DNA from: a virus
Virus record (IMG/VR): IMGVR_UViG_3300000285_000003
Length of the DNA: 64,000 nt
Direction: 5' to 3' (one strand)
The notes beneath the pieces were generated by a model. That model saw nothing but the letters and a program-made list of their open reading frames with translations. It did not search any database and was not told where the DNA came from. The translations under genes were made by a program, and so were the position numbers. Within the stretch, counting starts at the first letter, position 1. Every line of letters begins with the position of its first letter. Shown here in pieces: positions 53,601 to 64,000 of the stretch.

Positions 53601-55297
53601 TAACGCTTGCCATTAACGATAGTATTTGATGACATTAACTAGAAACCTTCTTCAGTTACATTTGGGGTTCTTATATCAGCAATCCATTTAACTGGAGAAG
53701 CTTGGCAATATTTATCATACAAAACAATTCCGTAACGATAAATCTCATTTCGTCTAAGTGACTTTATCAACCATGTGTTTTTATTTATTCCAGGATCAAA
53801 TTCTGCTTTCTCTATTATGGATGGTTTAAAATTTTTATCAATGTAAAAAACATTATTTTGCTATATGTTTTCTTTCTGAGAATAATTGTATAGCGTTCCT
53901 ATCTTTCTTGTATTGTTTTCTTTTATGCAAGAATCTTCTACCTAAGAAGAAATAACAAATCTCCATTCTATATTTTTACCAGATCCTCCAACCCATCTAT
54001 ATTCTGAATCGAATACAAAATTAACATAATACAATGAAGCTTCTTTATTTATGTTGTTATAAGTACCATCATAACAATCATGGTCAAATGGAGGAACTGC
54101 AACAGAGTCGTCTTCTATGTCTTTGCCGTGCGCATCTATTATAAATGAGTTATTACCATTAATGTCTGTTACAGTACTAGTATTTAGGTAATTGAACCTA
54201 AATGCTCTAGCGTCCCATTTATCGAAATCTTTAATAGTAGTCTGTATTGTCTTTGTGTTTGCGGCAAACAGAAAACCGTCTTTAGATGCCAATGAATTAG
54301 GTATTATTCTAACACCTTGTAATGAATTTAACTCTTCAACACTGATATGTTCTATTGGATCATTACCAACATCATTTATAACTATATCTGTAGAATCTTG
54401 TTCATTAAAGTCTACTTTAGCGTCACATATTACAGATACTATTGGCATCTATCCGTTTTGCGTATACTGTACTCTAAATACTTTAATATAATCAAGATGC
54501 CAATAATTACTAGGAATTTGTATAGATATCTTTACTCCACAATTTGATATAGCACCCTGTTTACCGCCGCACTTTACATATTTGCTGTCGAAATCATAAT
54601 TACCAATTGGTATTTGCTAACATTGTATAGATGCTCCTGTATGTATTCCGTATCTATTGTACAGCTAATAACAATAACTTACAACGCCAAATTCTATTTT
54701 TCCTGGCACATACTCTTCAAATATCGGTGGTTTACAAACTGCTTCTGGATAAGATAAGCATTTGTTAAGATCATCATATAAAAAATCATTGCTTATATTA
54801 AAAACCATTATAGGATGTATTGAATCTGCTAAGTATAGCTTGATGTTGTTTTCGCTCTCATAATTAAGCTGAATATCAAATACATCTGGATACTTCTACC
54901 CTTTATCTAAGGGCAATAATGGCGCATTTACAATAAGACTGATTTTCTATATATCATTGAAGTCCTAGTCATGCACTGTTCCGCCTATTGCGTTTTTAAA
55001 ACTATAGATCTTAAGTCTATTTTCATTTTCATCAATGCAAACAACTACTCCGTAATCTCTTATTGAACCAGTGGCAACAACTTTGTTACCATCGCCAGCA
55101 AATGATCCAGCTAGCTTTACACCCTAGACTGGCATTAATGATCCATGTCTATTATCTCTGCCTTCTCCACCTCTATATGATGATATTTTTATATTTCTAG
55201 CATCAATATACTAGTTTGTGGCAACAACAGAGAGATCATCATCACTATTTAATCCTCCTGCGAAACTATTAATTTGTGGTTCAGTATTAGTATCCAT
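50603..55297 (-). CDS. large tail/baseplate-type structural protein (1,564 aa, TAG=Gln), function unassigned
   Basis: A frame-2 triplet scan found no TAA/TGA between 50606 and 55315, with about 40 in-frame TAG. ATG at 55295-55297. Joins track ORFs 51704, 52868, 53330 and 53942. The structural role is inferred from size and position only. Confidence 0.7.
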
Positions 55298-56105
55298 AGC
55301 AATAATCGTTAAAGTTTAACTATTTCTTTCCGGTGTTATTAAAGAAGTTCTCGTCATCATCCCACTCTGGTATAAGCTTAGTCCACTCATTCTTAATAGT
55401 AAGCATTTCGCTTTCGTTTGGCATCATTGCTTCAGCGTAAGCCTGGTTTCTATAGAAATTCCACTACTACTATATGTAGAAGTATGTGTTCTAATTATAT
55501 CTAGCTTTTCCACCAAGTGATCCTCTAAGGAACTTTGGAAAGCTTAACTTCATCATTACATACCAGTATATAGCTTCCTAATATGAAGCTAAGTCTGGGA
55601 TAAGTGGGTAACCCCTTTCGTCTGTAGCTATTGCCTTGTATGACAATTTAACGAAACCTTTATCTTTATTAAAGACTATCCAACCTGGCTTAATCCAGTA
55701 TGTAGGAACATCTACTTTATGGTCTCTAATAGCATCCATTAGTGCAGTGCTACCATTGATTCCTAAAAGCTATGATCTATGTGTAGGTAGCATTACTCCA
55801 GCTGGTTGTTCTGGGTGATAGTGATGTATATGCTTTGTGCTAGCTTTAGACTTAAATGAGCTTTCATCTTTTAGTGCCTATACCCAATTTGTTCCATTGT
55901 TTGAATAGGCTACAGTTGTCAATGACTCTAAGTCTTCTGGTATTGGAACTTGATGTTCGTGTATTTCAAATATTGGAACGCAATCTTCACCAGACTCTTT
56001 CTATACATACTATACAGGAGCACCAATCTTCTCAACAGCTTCAAAGATCCATTCTCGTATATCTGTAATACGTATGTTCTTTTCTTGCATGTTTGAGTCA
56101 GCCAT
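55287..56105 (-). CDS. late hypothetical protein (272 aa, TAG=Gln)
   Basis: Frame 0, from ATG 56103-56105 to TAA 55287-55289, with about 10 in-frame TAG. No minus-strand ORF of 60 aa or more is listed here in the standard-code track. Confidence 0.6.
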
Positions 56106-56124
56106 AATTTTAGCTATAACTGAC

Positions 56125-56595
56125 TCACATTTTGTATATTTGTATATCATCTATATTTATATAATCTTGTTTATTAAATATAAGTTGAGCAAGGTGCCTT
56201 TTGTTTTCTCTAACCATACATAGCTAGTATTTATATCTATCAGAAAATACCCTGGGTATTTTTGACCAATATAATCTATATTTGTATCCATTAGAGTGCT
56301 CGTTTAAATGATAAACCCTTTTACCTACTTCTTTTGTTGATTTATAATCTGTAGACAATGACTAATCAGAATAGCTCTTAGGTTTATATTTTACTATGCA
56401 TATAGTACCTAGCCCATAAGGCATTTTAAATGGCTGTGAGCGCTCTAAAATCTCTTCCTTGACAACTTTATTAAATTCGTCTATAATGCGCTTATATCGC
56501 GCGTAATTAAGCTCTACATCGTTCTTTTTAATGTAGTCTCTATATATATCAGCTATTGTATAGCTTTTCTTATTCTTCCTTATCTTGAGGACCAT
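56125..56595 (-). CDS. late hypothetical protein (156 aa, TAG=Gln); weak HU/IHF-like resemblance
   Basis: Track ORF 56362-56595 continues through TAG 56362 to TGA 56125-56127. The segment FKMPYGLGTICIVKYKP vaguely recalls an HU-fold beta-arm. Confidence 0.55.
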
Positions 56596-57262
56596 TTGGT
56601 TTAACGCTTGCTAATGTTGAGTTGTTACTATCGTCACTAGGCCTCTTAAGCATAAACGCTAATTCGTTAATCATGATAGCTTTTTTAATATCTGGTATCA
56701 TCCATCCAGGTATCATTATATCATCTTCACTACCAGCTGTTTGTGTTGGGTCAAATATTCCTGTAACGTATATGTATTTAAAGTTTTCTGAACCATTACC
56801 ATCAACGTATATATACTAATCATCAAACCAACACATAGGTTCATTGTATGTATACCTTCTAAAATTATGATAATGCTTTCTAGATTTACTCATAATCTGT
56901 ATAACGCAACCACTAGCATCAGTAACGTTAACTATGTCGTCGCTACTATTCTCCATTGTATACAGCTTATTTTTTGTTCTCTTTAGTTTACCACAACGAC
57001 AGCAGCAACAGTCCTTTGACCCAGAATCTGGGTCGTCTATAAGTTCAAGTGGTCCAATAGTTGATAACTAGCTATCATCCGGATCCTCGTCATCACCGGT
57101 CTCAGCATCTTTATCATTTTCTTTCTTAGACAAATAAGCTTTATACTACATTATCCAAGATAAGATCTAATCTCTAGACATGTCCTCACTCTCACTTATG
57201 TTGTTATTTCGTACAATAAGAAGTATGTCATCTATCAATGTACGAGCTGAGAATGTTTTCAT
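56570..57262 (-). CDS. late hypothetical protein (230 aa, TAG=Gln) with CCCCRC cluster
   Basis: Frame 2, from ATG 57260-57262 to TAA 56570-56572, with 4 in-frame TAG. An acidic linker is followed by KDCCCCRCGK. Confidence 0.6.
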
Positions 57263-57909
57263 ATTGCTTCTATTATTCTTATACTGTCTTCTTTAAGTAT
57301 GTCATTCGTATTACGTATCTTGTATTTATACACATCTTTCTTTTTCCAGTCAAATGTTATCAATCTCTTAAAGAAGTTCTTTTTGTTTTTATATTCTCTA
57401 TGCTTATAAACGTAGAGGTACTAAGTGTTCTATACATCTAACTTGATATTAACACTATCTTTACCGATTGTATAGTATACTTTAGTTAGGTTGTTATATT
57501 GTAAACTATCCTTATAAACAGAGTCTTTAAGTATAGTTATAATATCACCCCCTACCCCCTTACTCTTATTAACGTTTATAATCTACTTCTAAGTTGCCGC
57601 TACCTAAATTTCTTTGCTTTTTAGCTTTTCTGTCTTGCGTACAGAATCCAACTACTACACAAGATTATCGTTATAATCTTTAAGCTTTTTCATATCTAGC
57701 CTTAAAACACCAGAAGCCTACTAGGCACCGCTTAAGGCATCCTAATAGGCTTCGATGTTATTATTAGCCATTTTAAGCTCCTGTGAGAGCCTATTAGCTT
57801 TGTTGTGGTAGAATATACCAGACGCTACACAAAAGGCTATTAGAAGCCCACAAATGGCATTAAGCAGCGTTTTGTAGTTGTTCTTTATTTTGCTTAATAT
57901 CTACTACAT
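57259..57909 (-). CDS. membrane-anchored coiled-coil protein (216 aa, TAG=Gln), spanin-like candidate
   Basis: Frame 1, with ATG 57907-57909 inside the end of the holin-like gene. N-terminal TM LLNAICGLLIAFCVASGIFY, then a charged heptad-like region. TGA 57259-57261 shares an ATGA with the next gene. About 12 in-frame TAG. Confidence 0.5.
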
Positions 57910-58165
57910 CACAATTGCTTTCATTATTAGTTAAACACTCTTTTAAATATGTTTTTATCTCACCAAACTTACCTTGTATATAAATAGATACTCCATATAT
58001 ACTAGCTGAATAAACTAATGTTTGGGCTACAAACCCTAGTACACCTGTGGAGATTTCACCCTATTGTAAATACTGCACCCAGGTGAGAACCTAACCGCTT
58101 AAAAACGCGAGGCATGCGGTTGAATACTAAATCTTCTCGCGCCATGTTCCTGTTACATTGTTCAT
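57860..58165 (-). CDS. holin-like small two-TM protein (101 aa, TAG=Gln)
   Basis: ATGA overlap with the upstream cell-wall enzyme gene. Hydrophobic helices STACLAFLSG-VLTWV and GVLGFVAQTLVYSASIYGVSIYI. 3 in-frame TAG. Ends at TAA 57860-57862. Confidence 0.5.
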
Positions 58166-58587
58166 TTTATCTCAATAGTTACATTTCCGTTAGAACAAGC
58201 TTCCTTTATTATTGGATAAAACTTGTTTATAGTAGCTCTTGAGTTAAGGACTTTTCCAACCTATTTGTTTTTGCCGAGAATCAAACAGCCTTCAGTGTCA
58301 GCGCTTGTGTTTCCTGCGTGAATACGTATACCTTCAAATGATGGAACGTTCATCAGCTGTGGTGTATACTTCTTAAACCTAGGTGAATATGTCCACTTGA
58401 TCTCATAAGTTCCGTAAGGTATTGCCGTTTTGGAATGTACCTTTTTCTCTCCATTGTCAAATTTGCCATTCTTATTGAGGTCTCTTACAGTATCTTCTAT
58501 AGTGTCGCAAAAATATACATCGTCTATATAAAGTTTTCCTATAGTGTAAGTTGGACGGAGAGCTATTCTTTTTAATGTTAATTTCAT
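58162..58587 (-). CDS. YkuD-fold-like cell-wall enzyme (DUF5675-like), candidate endolysin (141 aa, TAG=Gln)
   Basis: Track ORF 58261-58587 continues through TAG 58261-58263 for 32 codons (VGKVLNSRATINKFYPIIKEACSNGNVTIEIK) to TGA 58162-58164. IRIHAGN...EGCLILG resembles a His/Gly-Cys active site. Confidence 0.55.
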
Positions 58588-61500
58588 ATTATACTTACTC
58601 CAGTTTCTTTATAGTACTTTAAACTTTCTCCAGAATTCTAAATATTAGCAGTAGTTATAGTTATACCCTAATTTATATCTGCAAACATCTTATTAACAAT
58701 ACTACTATTTGCTGCAGGCCATTTTATAAAGCTAGATGTATGGTTACCAACATTTTCTCCCCACGTTGATACAATTTTAGCATTATTAGAAGCCATTTTA
58801 CAATTAGATATATAATATGTACCAGCAAATATTGGGCCGTTTAATACACATAATAAGTTTGTATACAACATCTGGTCTAGCGTAATTGATGAGAATCTAG
58901 TCATATCAAATCCTTCAACAAGGTTTCCGTTATTATAGGAACAAGCCAAATTTAATCTAGCTTCTCCAGAATAACTTCCATAATCTATACCATAAATTAT
59001 ACAACTATTCTTAAACGCATTGCTCAATGTGGATGTTGTAGAAGGTATTGACTCATTTAATATTACAAACGAATAATTGTGTATTGTATGTGTGCCAGAT
59101 ATGCTATCCTATAATATAACTGGCTGCGCTCCAAACGCATCATTCAAAACAGAATATGTAGTATAGTTTTTAGGATACTAAACATATACATTTGTTGTTT
59201 CGTTTCCAGATGTTGTAGAACCTACTAGACGAGGTATAATTACCTGGTTGTTAAATACGCCGGTTACAATACCTGACCTATTTGCTTTAAAAATATTTTC
59301 AGGTATAATTCCAGCCATTGCATTAGACGTATTATCTTTAGCAAATGCATAACTATAGTTTGTTATACCATTATCTCCACTATCTGAAGTATGAGAAGTT
59401 GCTGCACAATAAAAGAAATCTGGTGGAATAATCAAGTTGTTTACGCCTCCATCAGGAACCTATCCATTATTAAACGTTGTGCCATTTCCAAGATTATATG
59501 AAGCCTAATATCCACCTGTCAAATGCTATGTATCAGTAAGCTCTGTGCAGTGATTAATGGTATGTTTTGTATATGTATATTCTTCAGTTTCCGGATCCTA
59601 TGTGCGAGTATAATATTCCATATACGCAGTCTGATCGCTTGTGTCATTATTCTTTGCACAGTTGTCTGGAATTTCTGTAGTCATATCAAACTACTATGCA
59701 CCACTCTATGGACTAACATTGTAAAATACATGAGAGAAGCTCCAGATTTTATAAGTGTTATCTCTTCCGTATCTATAATTATGCAGAGTTGCAGGCTTAT
59801 ACTCATTGCCAATCTTTATGAATACCTAAGTATTAATATTGTCATATCTCTTTCTAAAGAAATCAAATGGTATAGGTTTTGCTAAAGATATATTTGCAAA
59901 GCAATATCTAACATCTTGTATTTTAGGTAATTTAGAGAAGAAGTTGTCATCCAATCTTAATGCTCCATTATCACACTTAGCACCATCGAACGTATGTCGC
60001 ATATATTTTGCGTTTGAATTTATTGTAGGTAAACTTCCAAACGTTAAATCTCCATCAGTTTCGGTTATATTTGTATTATAGAATAAGTTACTAAGATTCT
60101 CTTTGTTATGCTTAATGTACAGATTACATATATCTCTATAGTGTGCCAATGAAACATGGGCTTTAAAGTTATAGCATCCGTAATCATGTCTATATTGACT
60201 TGTTAAGAATCCACCGTAACTTCTTGGAACAAACTTCTCCCAATTAATAAACTCCCATAAATCAATATCATCGGTACTTCTTCTATCTTGCGATAAACAT
60301 GTTTCAATGTTGTCTATATTTGGTAGGTCATAAAGTAAGCCATCAAGGTTTACACTATAACAACTAAGGAAGCTTGCGCGCAAAGTTGTTAATGATTTCC
60401 AATTAGAGTTGAATAATTCATTCAAATCAACCTTGTATGAGTTAGATATATTAAAGTCCTATATTCTCCAAAGTTTCTTAGGAGATACACCGTTAGGATT
60501 CCATATATCTTTAGCAGATATAATTTCTGATGTTGATATATCGTTACCGGTAGTTGGATCCATTGGTATCTAAAATTCATGACCTCCATTACCGTCATCA
60601 CCACCCCAATCTGTCATCTTTGATACACAGTGTTCAAAACAGTCTATAGCCATTCTTGAAGTATGTGTACAAAATAACTAACTATACGAACATCCTGATG
60701 GACTACCGAAATTATACAACTCTTTAAAGTGTACATTTATACCTGTAAAAAGATACATCTAACTAGCATTAGTAACCTTGTTTAAAACTGATGGATCTAT
60801 AGGGCTTTTAAATACACCTTCTATTATGCACTTCTTATAATCATCTTGTGTAAACCTAACACTAGAATAAGCAAACATTAAACTAGTGTTAGTAATGTTG
60901 TTATCTTTTGGAATAGCATGTGCAAAAAAGTTTGCTACAAATTCAAGATCAACACCACTTCTTTCAAATGCACTATTTAAAGACGTTGTATCAGGTTTTA
61001 CTGATAACTCTGTATAATCTCCACTCTAATCTAAACCATGATAATTAAAACAGTTATAGAACGTATATGGCCCAATATATAGATGTGTAGCATCAACGGT
61101 CTAAAGACCTGTAACATTCTAGAAGCAGTGATTTATAGCTGAAATATTTGGAGGAAGGATAACATGCTTTATATTTGTGCTATTCTAGAAACATACATTC
61201 TAAAGATGTGTTGAGTTATGCAAGTCTACAGTATTATTAACGGTTGCACCAGTATTATCTTTGATACAAAGCTAACCATGTATGCAATTTGTTACAGATA
61301 TACTCTTAGGGTAAATCTATACATTAGAATGGTTGTCATACTCTGTAATTGTAACGGTTCTAAGCTTAGGACAATTGTTTATATTTATTGTTTCAAAACC
61401 TTGTAGTGTTATAGTCTCAACAGAATTGTCACCAGAAAGAGTAAAACTACTGCCACTCTCAATGCAGCTTAAATTAAAGTTTGTGATATTCGTTTTATTA

Positions 61501-64000
61501 TTGAACGACAAGTTCTTGTATTGCCCCTATATCTATGACCACTGAAGCGTCTAAATCTAACTATTGTCTACAGAGAAACTGGTGATATTAGTACAGTTTG
61601 TTATAACAATACTTGCTCCTGGGTTTTTAATATTACTAACATTAACAGTTGCTATATTTAAACCATTCGCAGTTAAACCCATTTTTGATCCGCTAAGATT
61701 AATAGAGCTTAGGTTCGGATAATTGTCAGCTCCATTAAGTGTTAATGTTGCAGTATAACCAGGTGATGTTAAATTGATCTCCTTAACGCTAGGTGTATCA
61801 AAAGAGAAACTTCCAAATGTATTCGAAGAACCGTTTATTGATTCAAGTTTATCAGACCCAATGTACAAACCAGTCTAAGCATTTCCTTCTATCCAGTTTA
61901 TATTTTCAAGATAAGACCATAGCTAAGAACCTCCAACCTTAACACCTTGCACACCGGTTGTTTTAATGTCGACCTATTGATAATTATCTCCACCAATTAT
62001 GTAGTTTGCAATAACCGAGTTAGCCTTAGTAATCTGTAAAGGAGAAAATTTAGGACATTTAATCTTAAAGCTAGCATTTGAACCAAGCTGAATACCGGCA
62101 GAAGAACTTCCAGAAGAGAATATGTCTCTAAGGATAATTACATCTTGATTCATAGGTACAGAATAGTTTGCGGCGTTATAAGTAAGATCGTATACGATGT
62201 TTTCAACATTTGGATCGCTACTTAGATTTATGTCCTTCCACTATCCGTCATCATCTCTATATTGTATAGGAACACCTATTCTTGAGTTAATATTAAAGTA
62301 TGCATCAAGGATGTGCAATCTACCATTAAACCAATCTCTTACATAGTTGATTCTGGTTCCGTTAAACTTCTGGTAATCAATAGGATTCCATTGTGTACCC
62401 TAACCATCGAGTGCAAGATATTTAGATCTATAGTTATATGTTACAAGTAGGCTGTTTATAGAACCGAGATTATTAGCGTAGAAATTATCTACAAAATAAT
62501 CAGCATTTTTTAGAATGCCTTCGTGAGTCTTGTTGTTTATAACATTACTTCTCCATTTTGCATACAATTCTTGCGGATAGTTAACCGTATACTATTCGTC
62601 GTCCTTAAATATTAATCTGGCATATTTAGCGACTGCAAATAAATATGATGAAGGAACATCGAATCCGTTTGACCCAAGTGTAGATGGTGAAAAGTCTCTG
62701 TATATATTTACATTATCTGGATAATCAACACCGTCTTGAGTTTTCTTTAATTGTCCATCCCAATAGTCTGAGAAAGCAAAATAAGAAATTTTACCACCGC
62801 TATTGTTAATACCTAAACATGTATCCATATCATAGAACGCTGTTACCCAAGTTGTACCAGCAGAATTCTTGCCAGACCACGTCTTAATATTAAGATTCTT
62901 CATTACACTATCAACAAGACCAAGAACCATACATATTGTATAATACTCTGATATTGACTAGAAGTTTAACTCTGATGGTCTATTGTTGTCCATATCTGGT
63001 ATACAAAGATCTCTTAAATTATTCTATGTTCCAGGACTAATAGTGCTCTTCAACACGTATTTCCAACTTGAACCATCAGATCTTCTTTGATACTATTTAG
63101 TATAATCTGGAACCATATTTAATGATTTTCCAGTTTTGTTTCCAGATTTATCAATCTCTTCTGCAGAATATCCATCTTCATAAGAACCTCTTCCTTTTTT
63201 TAGATAGTCAAATAAATAACCACCTCCAAGCGTTACTGATTTTACGAGCTTTTGTATAGATTCCTACAGTTCTGCTTCAGAAAAGTTTGAGCCATGAACA
63301 AGGTCTCCAAACATGTATGTGTTATCGTTCTCTTTGTTCTGCTAAAATAATATAGTAGAATCATACTGTGAGAAGTCAAAGTAGTTAGAACCGCCCTAAA
63401 TTTCAGCAACACCAAGACCTTCTCTCAACGTATTATCATCGTTATTTATTTTATAAAACACAAAGTCTTTTCCGCTACCAGTTAATGTAGTCTTGTCACC
63501 AAATACTCTAAGATCTTTATAGCCGAGATTAAAATACGACTCACGACCAAGGTTAAAGTTATATACTCCGAAGTAATAATAAACGTCATCTTTGAGCCCT
63601 GTATCAGGATCTTCTGTAACAATATGCATAAACAAAAGTATAGGAAATCCCTCAAGGCAGTTCTTTATGTACGGCTTAAATACGCTATCTTCACTAATAC
63701 TGTCGCTAAATTTTTCACAAACTGTATTTACAAACTTTCCGCAAGTTGTATTATTTGAGTGAGAGCTATCAACGACATCAGCTTTTAATGTAAACTACGT
63801 TTCTGGTAAAAATGTCTCAAGGTTATTTTGATTGAAATTAGGAGAATACAAGTAAACGTCAGCAGTTTCAGATTGGTCTGTATTTTCTATTTCCAATGTA
63901 AAGTTTTTTACTCTATACAATTTTGTAGAAGAACCTTGTAACGATGCCCTAAACTGTGCATTAGTAAACGAATCTGGTACCTTAACTTCTGTTAACGCAG
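58584..64000 (-). CDS. very large tail-fibre/receptor-binding-type protein, 5'-truncated by the window edge (at least 1,805 codons, TAG=Gln)
   Basis: A frame-0 triplet scan found no TAA/TGA between 58587 and 64000, with about 40 in-frame TAG. TGA 58584-58586 shares an ATGA with the next gene. Leucine-rich-repeat-like segments occur at 61317-61868 (INLTSPGYTATLTLNGADNYPNLSSINLSG..., NITNFNLSCIESG...). Confidence 0.7.

Noticed and set aside
23316-61545. About 45 plus-strand ORFs of 60-230 aa listed by the track inside the late block (for example 26243-26935, 38518-39060, 44633-45319, 47238-47657).
   Set aside because: They lie antisense to long minus-strand frames that are open for kilobases once TAG is read as sense. 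Their translations are low-complexity (L/I/S/F-rich). They do not share frames with each other.
22964-64000. Fragmented late ORFs explained as pseudogenes or a degraded prophage.
   Set aside because: The breaks are exclusively TAG, never TAA or TGA, and no frameshifts are needed. Conserved motifs are intact across the TAGs.
22964-64000. TGA-to-Trp recoding (code 4) as the alternative code.
   Set aside because: TGA is used as a genuine terminator in the late block, at 48245, 56125, 57259, 58162 and 58584, four of them in ATGA overlaps with the next start. I saw no in-frame TGA inside the long frames.
1-64000. CRISPR arrays, integrase/att sites, transposases and reverse transcriptase/DGR.
   Set aside because: I saw no regularly spaced direct repeats and no recombinase, transposase or RT motifs in any translated frame that I read.

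Overview
By gene content this window is a segment of a crAss-like (Crassvirales) Bacteroidota phage genome. It is AT-rich. Everything below comes from manual reading and triplet-splitting of the sequence; no search was run.

Plus strand, 1-22947. It begins with the 3' part of a tRNA (anticodon CAU). About 26 early/replication genes follow, and they read cleanly in the standard code. They include an ECF sigma factor, a family-B DNA polymerase, a DnaB-like helicase, a Sak4-like ATPase, an SSB-like protein, a DnaG/Toprim primase, two PD-(D/E)xK nucleases and an AAA ATPase. Three non-coding, RNA-structure-rich islands interrupt them at 1916-2715, 6736-8899 and 18109-18829.

Minus strand, 64000 down to 22964. 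This is a 41-kb late/virion block that looks shattered in the supplied ORF track. If TAG is read as a sense codon (Gln, code 15), it resolves into 14 tightly packed genes. By my count about 360 in-frame TAG codons occur there, and only TAA and TGA terminate genes. TAG falls on invariant Gln positions, for example helicase motif V H-K-S-Q-G-S. Two early genes, in contrast, end in TAG.

One recoded frame (28453-46449) is uninterrupted for 5,998 codons. It carries an RNAP-type DFDID motif, an HExxH motif, an SF1 helicase domain and a C-terminal NADAR-like domain.

The RNA islands contain a candidate circularly permuted (two-piece) tmRNA-like gene with a G3:U70 acceptor pair. They also hold several non-canonical tRNA-like elements and a 15-nt motif presented four times in hairpin loops with differing stems. 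I could not recognise a tRNA with a CUA anticodon in this window.
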